Assembly: GCA_035378985.1 (NCBI GenBank)
Contig: DAOSUR010000012.1
Coordinates: forward strand, 34,848-98,847
Direction of reading: 5' to 3'
Length of the DNA stretch: 64,000 nucleotides
Source: Anaerohalosphaeraceae bacterium
Lineage (GTDB): Bacteria > Planctomycetota > Phycisphaerae > Sedimentisphaerales > Anaerohalosphaeraceae
The notes under the pieces were generated by a model. The model did not search any database. It was given only the letters and a program-made list of their open reading frames with translations, and was not told the origin of the DNA. Positions 18,239 through 27,449 of the stretch are shown piece after piece; within the stretch, counting starts at the first letter, position 1; every line of letters begins with the position of its first letter. A program made the position numbers and the translations under genes.

Positions 18239-20422
18239 ATGGAACATTATAAATTACAAATACTTAACACCCTGACACGACGGGATTATGAGCCGATGAC
18301 GGCTTCGCAGCTGGCCGGCTGGCTGGGAGTCGGCAGGGAAGAGGCGGCCACCTTCCAGAAGGCCGTAGAGGACCTTCGCCGAAACGGACAAATTGTCACT
18401 GATTCGCGAAAAAACCTGGTGCTGCCCCCGCTGTCCGATACCGTCATCGGAACGTTTCGCGCCAACCCGAGGGGCTTTGGCTTTTTGGTTCCGATAACCC
18501 CCAATGCCCACGGCGACCTATTCATCGCTCCCGACGACATCAATGGGGCGATGAACGGCGATATCGTTCAGGCAAAGGTCATTCGGCGCGGCAAACGAGA
18601 CGGCCAGTGGCGGTACGGCGGGCAAATTATCCAGATTATCGAACGAAGCAGCGACCGCTTTGTCGGCACCCTGCAGCGGCGGCAAAACCTCTGGTTCATC
18701 CAGCCGGAAGGCAAGGGCTTCTTCGGCTCCATTGTTCTTGACGACGTCTCCGCCAGCGGAGCCCGCGAGAACGACAAAGTCGTGGTGGAAATCACGCGCT
18801 ATCCGCAGAACAATCAGCCGGCCCGCGGGGCGGTCATTCGAATTCTCGGCAGGGCTGGACGCTACGATACCGAAATCCGCGCCGTGATGGAACGGTTTTC
18901 CCTGCCGGAGGATTTCGATGAAGACTGCCGGCAGCAGGCCCGCCAGGCCGTCGAACAGTTCAATCCCGACGAAATCGGCAACCGGGCGGACCTGACCGAA
19001 GAAACCATCATCACCATCGACCCGCCGGATGCCAAAGACTTTGACGACGCCATCAGTCTGAGGAAAGACCGCGACGGCAACTGGCGTCTGGGCGTCCATA
19101 TTGCCGATGTAAGCACCTTTGTCCCGATGCAGACCCCGCTGGACAAGGAGGCCCGCCGGCGCGGCAACAGCGTTTATCTGCCCGGCAAGGTCATCCCGAT
19201 GCTGCCGGAGGTGCTCAGCAACGGCATCTGCTCGCTGCAGCCCGGCCAGCGGCGCTTCACCAAAAGCGTGTACATCACCTACAGCCCCGACGGCAAGGTC
19301 CTTCAGACGGAATTTGACAACACGGTGATTTGCTCTACGGCCCGTCTGACCTATGAAGAGGCCGACCGGATTCTGCGGGGAAAGGCCCGGGGCTTTCCGG
19401 GAGAAGTGGTCGCGCTGCTGAAAGATATGGAAACGCTGGCCCGAGCCATCGAGGCCCGGCGCCGCAAAGCCGGAATGATTCATCTGGACCTGCCGGAGAC
19501 GGAGCTGGTTTATGATGAATCCGGGCAGGTCATCGACGCACATCCGGCGGACGACAGTTATCCGCACACCATCATCGAAATGTTTATGGTCGAGGCCAAC
19601 GAGGCGGTCGCCGGTCTGCTGGATCGATTCCGGGTCCCTTTCCTTCGGCGAATTCACCCGGCGCCGGACGCCCAAAGCGCCAAAAACCTCGGACGTTTTA
19701 TCAAGCTGTTCCGAATGAAGGTCCCCCGCGTCCTCGACCGTCGGGCCATTCAGGACCTGCTGGATTCCGTGAAAGACACGCCTCTTTCCTACGCCATCAA
19801 CACGTATGTCCTCCGCAGTCTGCCCCGAGCGGAATACTCGCCCCTGCATATCGGGCACTATGCATTAGCCAGCACACACTACTGCCACTTCACCAGTCCC
19901 ATCCGCCGCTACGCCGACCTGCTGGTTCATCGGCTTATCGACTGCTATATCCGCGGCACCCTGAACAAAATCGGGCTGGAAGAAGTCCTGCCCGAGCTGG
20001 AACTGCGGGAAATCGGCCGACACCTGACCTGGACAGAAGAACAGGCCGACCAGGCCGAAGAAGAGCTTAAAACCGTTCTGATTCTTCAAATGCTCACCAG
20101 ACGCGTCGGCGACGAAATGGACACCGTTGTCTCCGGGCTGACCAATTTCGGCGTCTTTGTCCAGTGTCTGAAATTCGGCATCGAAGGGCTTATCGAACCC
20201 GGCGACCTGGGGCTGGACGAATGGAGATACGACCCGCGGGCCCAGGCCGTTGTCGGCAAATGGTCCGGACACAGCATTCACCTCGGCCAGCCGATGAAAG
20301 TGCGAATCGTGTCCGTAAATGTGCCGGCCCGTCAGCTTTTCGTCGCACCGGCGGAACCGCTTGTCCAGAATCGGCACAACGGACGCAGCCGCTCCGCCAA
20401 AGGCCGCGGCAGAAAAAGGTAA
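18239..20422 (+). CDS. rnr: ribonuclease R
   Basis: 727 aa. N-terminal wHTH plus cold-shock-like OB folds, an RNB catalytic domain (IDPPDAKDFDDAIS), and a C-terminal S1 domain with a basic tail. Confidence 0.92.
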   Translation: MEHYKLQILNTLTRRDYEPMTASQLAGWLGVGREEAATFQKAVEDLRRNGQIVTDSRKNLVLPPLSDTVIGTFRANPRGFGFLVPITPNAHGDLFIAPDDINGAMNGDIVQAKVIRRGKRDGQWRYGGQIIQIIERSSDRFVGTLQRRQNLWFIQPEGKGFFGSIVLDDVSASGARENDKVVVEITRYPQNNQPARGAVIRILGRAGRYDTEIRAVMERFSLPEDFDEDCRQQARQAVEQFNPDEIGNRADLTEETIITIDPPDAKDFDDAISLRKDRDGNWRLGVHIADVSTFVPMQTPLDKEARRRGNSVYLPGKVIPMLPEVLSNGICSLQPGQRRFTKSVYITYSPDGKVLQTEFDNTVICSTARLTYEEADRILRGKARGFPGEVVALLKDMETLARAIEARRRKAGMIHLDLPETELVYDESGQVIDAHPADDSYPHTIIEMFMVEANEAVAGLLDRFRVPFLRRIHPAPDAQSAKNLGRFIKLFRMKVPRVLDRRAIQDLLDSVKDTPLSYAINTYVLRSLPRAEYSPLHIGHYALASTHYCHFTSPIRRYADLLVHRLIDCYIRGTLNKIGLEEVLPELELREIGRHLTWTEEQADQAEEELKTVLILQMLTRRVGDEMDTVVSGLTNFGVFVQCLKFGIEGLIEPGDLGLDEWRYDPRAQAVVGKWSGHSIHLGQPMKVRIVSVNVPARQLFVAPAEPLVQNRHNGRSRSAKGRGRKR

Positions 20423-20439
20423 AATCCTGCACAGAATTC

Positions 20440-20469
20440 TTGCCCGGCTGTGCAGCATCTGTATATAAT
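20440..20469 (+). promoter_or_regulatory. sigma70-like promoter TTGCCC-N18-TATAAT
   Basis: TTGCCC at 20440-20445 and TATAAT at 20464-20469. A GGAGGG SD and the ATG at 20512 follow. Confidence 0.45.
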
Positions 20470-20511
20470 GCACCTTTAAAAAATTTCGAATGGTCTTGGA
20501 GGGTCATCCGG

Positions 20512-22716
20512 ATGGAACATGTGGTTCTGCTGCCGGCCGGTCAGCTCGGAAAGAATTTTATTCCTTCCCCCTATCTGCCGGACGGCAAAGACGAATTTTA
20601 CCTTCGCAACAGTCAAATCCCTCAGCCCCATCCGGCCTGGCGTCATCTGCGGGCGGATGAACTGGAGCAGCTGGTCAAGAACGGCAACACGGCCGACAAC
20701 TGGGATGATGTGCTGGTTACCGACGAGTTTGAGCCGGCACAAATCAAAAACAGCTCCTTTTTCGGACTAGTGCGGCTGGGACGAATGCGCAGCCAAATCC
20801 TCGAGCATCATGATATGCAGGTGCCGGTCGGCATCACCAACAGCCGGATTGTCTCCTGCGACATCGGCGATGATACCGCCATCCACAATGTCAGTTATCT
20901 GGCCCACTACATCATCGGGAACCGGTGCATTCTGCTGAACATTCACGAGATGCACACAACCAACTACGCCAAATTCGGCAACGGCATCGTCAAAGACGGT
21001 GAACCCGAATCCGTCCGCATCTGGCTGGACCTGATGAACGAAGCCGGCGGCCGGCGCGTAATCCCCTTCGACGAGATGATTACCGCCGACGCTTATCTGT
21101 GGGCGAAATATCGAGAGGACAGGCTGCTTCTGGAGCGGCTGAAGGAAATGACCCAGAAGCAGTTTGACAGCCGACGCGGCTACTACGGCACGGTCGGCGA
21201 TCAGTGCGTCATCAAAAACTGTCAGATTCTCAAAGACGTCAAAATCGGCGCCCACTGTTATATTAAAGGGGCCAACAAACTCAAAAATCTGACCATCAAT
21301 TCCTCCCCCGAAGAACCCAGCCAAATCGGCGAAGGGGTCGAACTGGTCAACGGCATCATCGGCTACGGCTGCCACATTTTCTACGGCTGCAAGGCCGTGC
21401 GTTTTATCCTCGGCAACAACTCCAATCTGAAATACGGCGCCCGACTGATTCATTCGTTCCTCGGCGACAACTCCACGATTTCCTGCTGCGAGGTGCTCAA
21501 CAACCTGATTTTCCCTGCCCATGAACAGCACCACAACAACTCGTTTCTGATCGCCTCCGTCGTGCTGGGGCAAAGCAATATGGCCGCCGGGGCTACCGTC
21601 GGCTCCAACCACAACAGCCGAGCCAACGACAATGAAGTCCAGGCCGGACGCGGATTCTGGCCGGGCCTGTGTACCAGCATCAAACACTCTTCCCGGTTTG
21701 CCTCCTTTGTGCTGCTGTCCAAAGGAGATTATCCGGCCGAGCTGGATATTCCGCTTCCGTTTTCGCTGCTGAACAACAACGTTCCCTTAGATCGGCTGGA
21801 GGTCATGCCCGCCTTCTGGTGGCTGTTTAATATGTACGCGCTGGCCCGCAATACCTGGAAGTTTCTGACGCGCGACAAACGCATCCGCAAAACGCAGCAT
21901 ATTGAGTTTGACAGTCTGGCCCCGGATACCGCCGAGGAAATCTTCCATGCGATGCGGCTTCTGGAGGAGTGGACCGCCAAGGCCTATCTCCGCAGACAGG
22001 GGCAATCTCCCGACAGCCGCTCCGCCGACGACCTGGCCGCCCTCGGACGCACGCTGCTTTGCAGCGGCGAAAAGGGGGTCGCCGACCTGGAAGTGCTCGG
22101 CGAAAAAATGGAAAAATCCTCCCGAAAGGCCGTTATTCTCAAACCGATTGAAGGGTACCAAGCCTATCGGCAGATGCTTTTGTATTATGCAGTCAAGAAT
22201 CTGCTCAGCTGGATGCAGGCCAACCCGCAGGCGCATTTTGAAGACCTGAAAACCGCCCTGCAGGGGCCGCGATGCCGGCACTGGGTCAATCTGGGCGGCC
22301 AGCTGATGCCTGCCGAAGATGTGGACCGGCTGCGGGCCGACATCCGCGACGGAAAACTGCAAACCTGGCAGCAGATTCATGAACGTTATGACCAGCTCTG
22401 GCAGCGGTATCCGGCCGACAAACAAAAGCACGCCTGGGCGACCCTGTGCTCGCTGTACGAGACTCAGACGCTGACTGTTGAGCAGTGGAAGGAGGCCCTT
22501 CGACAGACTGTCCAAATCCAGCATCTGATTTGCCGGCGGGTTTATGAATCCCGCAAAAAAGACTACGACAACCCCTTCCGGCAGGCCACCTACCGGAACA
22601 GCGAGGAAATGCTCGCCGTCATCGGGCCGCTGGAGGAAAACGATTTTGTCAAGCGAGTCCGTCAGGAAACCGAACAATTCGAGGCCGCTGCCCAGGCCGT
22701 TCTCCAACGAGGGTAA
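20512..22716 (+). CDS. DUF4954 family protein (left-handed beta-helix / hexapeptide-repeat core)
   Basis: ATG at 20512 after a GGAGGG SD. The 734-aa protein starts MEHVVLLPAGQLGKNFIP, has hexapeptide-like repeats centrally and a helical C-terminal half. The ORF-track start at 20164 overlaps rnr and is rejected. Confidence 0.7.
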   Translation: MEHVVLLPAGQLGKNFIPSPYLPDGKDEFYLRNSQIPQPHPAWRHLRADELEQLVKNGNTADNWDDVLVTDEFEPAQIKNSSFFGLVRLGRMRSQILEHHDMQVPVGITNSRIVSCDIGDDTAIHNVSYLAHYIIGNRCILLNIHEMHTTNYAKFGNGIVKDGEPESVRIWLDLMNEAGGRRVIPFDEMITADAYLWAKYREDRLLLERLKEMTQKQFDSRRGYYGTVGDQCVIKNCQILKDVKIGAHCYIKGANKLKNLTINSSPEEPSQIGEGVELVNGIIGYGCHIFYGCKAVRFILGNNSNLKYGARLIHSFLGDNSTISCCEVLNNLIFPAHEQHHNNSFLIASVVLGQSNMAAGATVGSNHNSRANDNEVQAGRGFWPGLCTSIKHSSRFASFVLLSKGDYPAELDIPLPFSLLNNNVPLDRLEVMPAFWWLFNMYALARNTWKFLTRDKRIRKTQHIEFDSLAPDTAEEIFHAMRLLEEWTAKAYLRRQGQSPDSRSADDLAALGRTLLCSGEKGVADLEVLGEKMEKSSRKAVILKPIEGYQAYRQMLLYYAVKNLLSWMQANPQAHFEDLKTALQGPRCRHWVNLGGQLMPAEDVDRLRADIRDGKLQTWQQIHERYDQLWQRYPADKQKHAWATLCSLYETQTLTVEQWKEALRQTVQIQHLICRRVYESRKKDYDNPFRQATYRNSEEMLAVIGPLEENDFVKRVRQETEQFEAAAQAVLQRG

Positions 22717-22753
22717 TTCGAATCAACATCTATATTATTAAGGAGAAATCCCG

Positions 22754-23770
22754 ATGAATCTGCAGGAAGAACGATATGCAAAATTCGCCTTGGTCCGTGA
22801 GATGATGGATGTCGTGGGAGTCGTGCGAAAATTTAACCTCCAGCAAACCAAAGAGGTCGCCCAAACCATCCGTTCTGCAGGTCGGCTGCTGCTGACCGGC
22901 GAGGGGTCCAGCCGAATCTTCCCCGCCAAAAACGCCATCCGAAAAGCCCTGCGATGGGGGATGGATTTGGCCGTCTTCACAGAGGGCTCCCGGCAGGCGG
23001 CCGAGTACAACCTGTCGCGGTTTGCCGTCTTCTGCGCCTCCAACTCCGGACGCACCAAAGAAGTGGTGCTGCTGGCCAAAAAACTCAAAGAAATGGGCAA
23101 CCCCAACCGCTTCGGTCTGTCGGCCAACGCCGGAACGCTGCTCGAAGAGGCCTGTGCAAAAACTTTTGTCCTCACCTGCGGCTGGGAACAGGCCGTCGCC
23201 GCCACCAAAAGCGTGATTGAGCAGGCCCTCTTTTATGAATCGCTCCTGCGGCATATCGCCGGCAACCTGGCCGACGTCAACTGCAGCAGGCTGGCGGACC
23301 AGATTCAGACCGCTCTGACCCTCAAAATCGACCCATCGATTATCCAGACAGCCGTCGGGGCACCCACCATCTACTTCGCCGGATACAACGACGGCGTGGC
23401 TGAGGAGCTGACCCTGAAGACCAACGAAATCACCCGCAATAAATCCGACTATCTGGAGGGCACGTATGCCGTGCACGGCATCGAGGAAGTGATGGACCCC
23501 AAGGACATTGTTTTTGTGGTGGACCCCATCGAGGCCGAAATCGAAAAGTTTCAGGAGGTCCTTGTCAAGGGTGTGGGGCTCAAGGTGGTTGCCATCGCCA
23601 ACCGCAAGACCCCCTTCCCGACGATTCAGGTCCCGGACGCCGGCGAACTGACTCCCTATGTGTATCTGGCTGCCGGATGGAATCTGCTGGTCGAAATCGG
23701 CCTAGCCCTCGGCATCAACCTCGACAAACCCACCCGCGCCCGAAAGGTCGGCAACGAACTGATTGTCTGA
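22754..23770 (+). CDS. SIS-domain sugar-phosphate isomerase (GlmS isomerase-half / AgaS-like)
   Basis: 338 aa with two SIS repeats (LLLTGEGSSR..., FCASNSGRTKE...). No glutaminase domain. Confidence 0.75.
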   Translation: MNLQEERYAKFALVREMMDVVGVVRKFNLQQTKEVAQTIRSAGRLLLTGEGSSRIFPAKNAIRKALRWGMDLAVFTEGSRQAAEYNLSRFAVFCASNSGRTKEVVLLAKKLKEMGNPNRFGLSANAGTLLEEACAKTFVLTCGWEQAVAATKSVIEQALFYESLLRHIAGNLADVNCSRLADQIQTALTLKIDPSIIQTAVGAPTIYFAGYNDGVAEELTLKTNEITRNKSDYLEGTYAVHGIEEVMDPKDIVFVVDPIEAEIEKFQEVLVKGVGLKVVAIANRKTPFPTIQVPDAGELTPYVYLAAGWNLLVEIGLALGINLDKPTRARKVGNELIV

Positions 23771-23793
23771 AAAGCGCGCAGATGGAAAACAAG

Positions 23794-23824
23794 AACGGCG
23801 AAGCATTTCCGCTTCGCCGTTTTC
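23794..23824 (+). terminator. intrinsic terminator after the SIS gene
   Basis: 11-bp perfect stem AACGGCGAAGC/GCTTCGCCGTT with a 6-nt loop, followed by a short T-run. Confidence 0.55.
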
Positions 23825-23944
23825 ATAAACCCAGTACCCATTTTTCAAGTCGGAGACCCAATCATAGAACTGCAAACTGATTCATCAGGACCCTCAAAGA
23901 AAAAACCGATTCGATACACCTTTATTGACAGTCAAAATGTACAC

Positions 23945-24385
23945 TTGGCAATCAAAGAGCAAGGCTGGCAGCTGGACTTTGGACGTTTTCGAAAATATCT
24001 GGCCGATAAATATCATGTGAGCAAAGCATTCTTATTTATTGGATATCTGGAAAAAAACCAGCCGCTCTATGAAAACCTTAGAAGGCAAGGATACGATTTG
24101 ATCCTCAAACATGCCATATTATTGAAAAACGGCAAAACAAAAGGGAATGTAGATGCAGAGCTTGTTCTTCAGGCCCTGATTGAATTTCCAAACTATGATG
24201 AGGCAGTGATTGCCTCAGGTGATGGAGACTTTTACTGTCTGATTCAATACTTAAAAAACAAAGGAAAACTGGCAAAACTGCTGATTCCGAATCAGAAAAA
24301 ATTTTCTTCCCTGCTGCGTGAGTTCATTCGCTCTAACGACGTGGCTTTTATGAACAACCTTCGAGGAAAGCTGGAGTACCGATAA
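23945..24385 (+). CDS. NYN-domain (LabA-like, PIN-like RNase fold) protein with no canonical start codon
   Basis: The only ATG/GTG/TTG start is TTG at 23945. NYN homology (KKPIRYTFIDSQNVHLAIKEQGW, including the conserved FID..N Asp) extends upstream to at least 23897 in the same open frame. The gene lies in a markedly AT-rich island. Confidence 0.6.
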   Translation: MAIKEQGWQLDFGRFRKYLADKYHVSKAFLFIGYLEKNQPLYENLRRQGYDLILKHAILLKNGKTKGNVDAELVLQALIEFPNYDEAVIASGDGDFYCLIQYLKNKGKLAKLLIPNQKKFSSLLREFIRSNDVAFMNNLRGKLEYR

Positions 24386-24609
24386 AAAAGAGAGGCATCG
24401 CCGCGGGACAAACACCTATTGGTTCCCCTTTGGATAGCCTCTCATCATAATCCATATTAATTATACATTTTTTTCTTCGACCGGTTCAAGGAAAAACTTA
24501 AAGGAATTGATTACTGGACATATTGCATCCATAGACATTCAAACACACCTTAACTTATCCTGAAAGCAAAACTTGCTTTTTAACAGGGCATCTTTTATCC
24601 TGATTATCT

Positions 24610-25332
24610 ATGCGAATTCCGATAACCAAATATGGTCTGCCGCAGGCGGCGGCTTATCCGGCCGTCCTGCTTGTTTTGATGCTCGTGTATGCCCTGTTCT
24701 TTCAGCAGGTGCTTCCGGAATCCCTGCACAGCGGAGCTGGTTTCTGGCTGGCGGGCGTCCTGCCGCAAGCGATTCTGCTGGTCGTGCTGGGATGGGCCGT
24801 TTCCTTTTTCCGCGACCCGAAGCGGATAATTCCAGATGACCCGGCTCTGCTTCTTGCCCCCGCTGACGGTACTATCAGCGACATTGAACAGGTACACGAA
24901 CCGGCGCTGGGCCCTGACCCGGCCGTCCGCATCGGCATCTTTTTGAGCATCTTCAATGTCCACATCAACCGGATGCCCTGTGCCGTCCGTGTCAAGTCCG
25001 TCACCTACAAGCCCGGCAAATTCCTCAATGCCCTCGAAGGCGTTCAGGCCGGAAAAGTCAACGAATCCAACAACCTCCTGCTGGAGCGAATCCAGCCGCC
25101 CTCTGAACCGCTTCTGCTGCGTCAGATTTCGGGGGCCATTGCCCGCCGAATCGTTTGCGAGGCGGCCGAAAATCAAACCTTTACGGCCGGACAGCCCTTT
25201 GGTATGATTAAGTTCGGCTCCAGAACGGAACTGTATATACCGGCGGGGCCTAACCTGAAGATTTTGGTCAAAGTCGGCGAAAAGGTCAAAGCGGGCGAAA
25301 CGCCCTTGGCCCGATACGAAAATGAGTCATAA
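24610..25332 (+). CDS. psd: phosphatidylserine decarboxylase family protein (short form)
   Basis: 240 aa with N-terminal TM helices. Self-cleavage-type motif MIKFGSRTELY near the C-terminus. Followed by pssA. Confidence 0.8.
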   Translation: MRIPITKYGLPQAAAYPAVLLVLMLVYALFFQQVLPESLHSGAGFWLAGVLPQAILLVVLGWAVSFFRDPKRIIPDDPALLLAPADGTISDIEQVHEPALGPDPAVRIGIFLSIFNVHINRMPCAVRVKSVTYKPGKFLNALEGVQAGKVNESNNLLLERIQPPSEPLLLRQISGAIARRIVCEAAENQTFTAGQPFGMIKFGSRTELYIPAGPNLKILVKVGEKVKAGETPLARYENES

Positions 25333-26215
25333 ACACAGAAAACGCCGTTTCTTCTTTCCGTCCAAACCCAGACGGCTTCAAACCGTTACCATTCTGCCCT
25401 CGCTGGTAACCCTCATCAACGGCATCTGCGGGTTTGCCGCCATCGGACTGGCCGCTCACGGACCGGACAAATTTGCCCTGGCCGGCTATATGATTTTCAT
25501 CGCAATGATTGCCGACATGCTCGACGGACGCATCGCCCGAATGAGCCAGACGACCTCCAGTTTCGGCGGGCAGCTGGACAGTCTGTGCGATATGCTCAGT
25601 TTCGGGGCGGCTCCGGCGGTTCTGGCCTTTCGCGTGCTGATTCAGAACTTCCCGGACCTGTTCGGGGAAGAAACGTTCTTTCTGTCTGACTTTTTCCGTC
25701 GGTTTCTTTGGCTGGCGGGGGCTTCCTATATGTGCTGTGCCGCCGTCCGTCTGGCCCGATTTAATGTAGAAAATGTTGAAGACGAAAGCGCACATCGGGT
25801 TTTCCAGGGGCTTCCGACACCCGCCGCCGCGGGCATTCTGGCCGGACTGATTGTCCTGATTGAACATATGAAGGCCGACCCTATGGCCCGCGGACCCCTG
25901 TTCGCTCTGCTTCTGAAAACCATCCTGTATTGTCTTCCGCTGATTGCCATCGGCGCCGGCGCCCTGATGGTCAGCCGCATCGAGTATCCGCATCTGGTCA
26001 ACCAGTACCTTCGCGGCAAAAAACCCATCATCCACCTGTTCTGGGTCGCCGTCATTCTGGCTCTGATATGGCAAACGGGGCTGCAGGTCGCTCTGGTTGT
26101 CTGTTTCGGCGGCTATGCCCTCACCGGCCTGTGGCGAAGAATCTGGCAGCATTCTCACCGGGCGATTGCCGCTCCGGCGGAAACGCCCTCTCCGGCTGCC
26201 CCGGACCATGTCTGA
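25322..26215 (+). CDS. pssA: CDP-diacylglycerol--serine O-phosphatidyltransferase
   Basis: CDP-alcohol phosphatidyltransferase signature DMLDGRIARMSQTTSSFGGQLDSLCD. Multi-TM. Overlaps the psd stop by 11 nt. Confidence 0.88.
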   Translation: MSHKHRKRRFFFPSKPRRLQTVTILPSLVTLINGICGFAAIGLAAHGPDKFALAGYMIFIAMIADMLDGRIARMSQTTSSFGGQLDSLCDMLSFGAAPAVLAFRVLIQNFPDLFGEETFFLSDFFRRFLWLAGASYMCCAAVRLARFNVENVEDESAHRVFQGLPTPAAAGILAGLIVLIEHMKADPMARGPLFALLLKTILYCLPLIAIGAGALMVSRIEYPHLVNQYLRGKKPIIHLFWVAVILALIWQTGLQVALVVCFGGYALTGLWRRIWQHSHRAIAAPAETPSPAAPDHV

Positions 26216-27377
26216 AAAAAGATTCCAGCCGATCACTTCCCCGACTCCTGACAACACGCTGTCCGTCTATATTCACGTGCCCTTTTGTGCCCGCAAATGC
26301 CGCTACTGCTCCTTTTATTCCATTCCCTACAATCCGGATGCGGCGGATGCCTGGAGTCGGGCCGTCCTCCGAGAGCTGGACCTGTACACCCTTCAGCCGC
26401 CCATCCAGACCCTGTACGTCGGCGGCGGCTCTCCTTCCGTTCTGTCCGTCAGCCAAATGGACTTTTTGCTTCGCCGGCTTCTCGAACAGACAGGCCGCCC
26501 GACCGAAGAGTTTACGGTTGAAATCAATCCGGCCCAGACCGATGCAGCGATTTTTACGGTGCTGAAAACATACGGCGTCAACCGCCTCTCCATCGGGGCG
26601 CAATCCTTTCATCCGGAGGAGCTGTCGTTCCTCGGGCGGCTTCACCAGCCGGAGGATATCTTCAATACCGTCAAAACAGCCCGACAATGCGGCTTTGAAA
26701 ATATCGGGCTGGATTTGATTTTTGCCGTTCCCGGTTCTTCCTTAAAATCCTGGAAGCAGTCTGTCCGCAAGGCCATCGCCCTCGACATCTCTCATCTGTC
26801 GGCCTACAGTCTGACCTATGAATCCGACACCCCGCTTTTTGAGGCCCTTCAAGACGAAAAAATCATTCCTGTCGATGAAGACACCGACCGACAGATGTAT
26901 GAGGCCGCCATCGACATCCTCGAATCAGCGGGCCTGGAGCCGTACGAAATCTCCAACTTCGCCCGTCCCGGCTTTGCCTGCCGACACAATCTTCGCTATT
27001 GGGACAATCGCCCCTGGCTGGGACTGGGGCCTTCCGCCGCCTCCTGGTTCCGGGGACAGCGCACCCGCAATACCGCCGACCTGGAGCGATATATCGAATC
27101 CATCCGGAAGAACCAATGGGCCTTTGACGAGGTCCAGGTTCCCTCTGCTCTGGAAATTGCCTGCGAGACGGCTGTCCTGAATCTGCGGAAATCCGCCGGG
27201 ATCAATCGACAACAGTTCATCTCTCAAACCGGTTTTGACCCGATGGAATTATTTGCCGAACCCATTCGGCACTATACGGCTCTGGGTTTGCTGGAATATA
27301 CAGCGGAATGCGTTCGACTGACACGTCCTGCCTGGGCCGTTGCCGATTCAATCCTCTGCGATTTTTCTGACATTTGA
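26208..27377 (+). CDS. hemW: radical SAM heme chaperone HemW (oxygen-independent coproporphyrinogen oxidase-like)
   Basis: ATG at 26208. Radical SAM motif HVPFCARKCRYCSFY plus a HemN_C-like C-terminus. The ORF-track start at 26097 is an out-of-gene extension. Confidence 0.85.
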   Translation: MSEKRFQPITSPTPDNTLSVYIHVPFCARKCRYCSFYSIPYNPDAADAWSRAVLRELDLYTLQPPIQTLYVGGGSPSVLSVSQMDFLLRRLLEQTGRPTEEFTVEINPAQTDAAIFTVLKTYGVNRLSIGAQSFHPEELSFLGRLHQPEDIFNTVKTARQCGFENIGLDLIFAVPGSSLKSWKQSVRKAIALDISHLSAYSLTYESDTPLFEALQDEKIIPVDEDTDRQMYEAAIDILESAGLEPYEISNFARPGFACRHNLRYWDNRPWLGLGPSAASWFRGQRTRNTADLERYIESIRKNQWAFDEVQVPSALEIACETAVLNLRKSAGINRQQFISQTGFDPMELFAEPIRHYTALGLLEYTAECVRLTRPAWAVADSILCDFSDI

Positions 27378-27449
27378 GGTCCGGTTTTTGCCTCTTGCTT
27401 TTTTCCAGCCGTTCTCTATGCTTAAGAAAACTCTAAACACCAGAAAACA

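Noticed and set aside
23771-24609. Mobile element boundaries around the AT-rich islets (23.8-24.6 kb, 30.35-31.67 kb, 43.8-44.3 kb, 45.6-46.2 kb).
   Set aside because: I found no integrase or transposase gene, no tRNA attachment site and no direct or terminal inverted repeats flanking any of them. No mobile-element feature is called.
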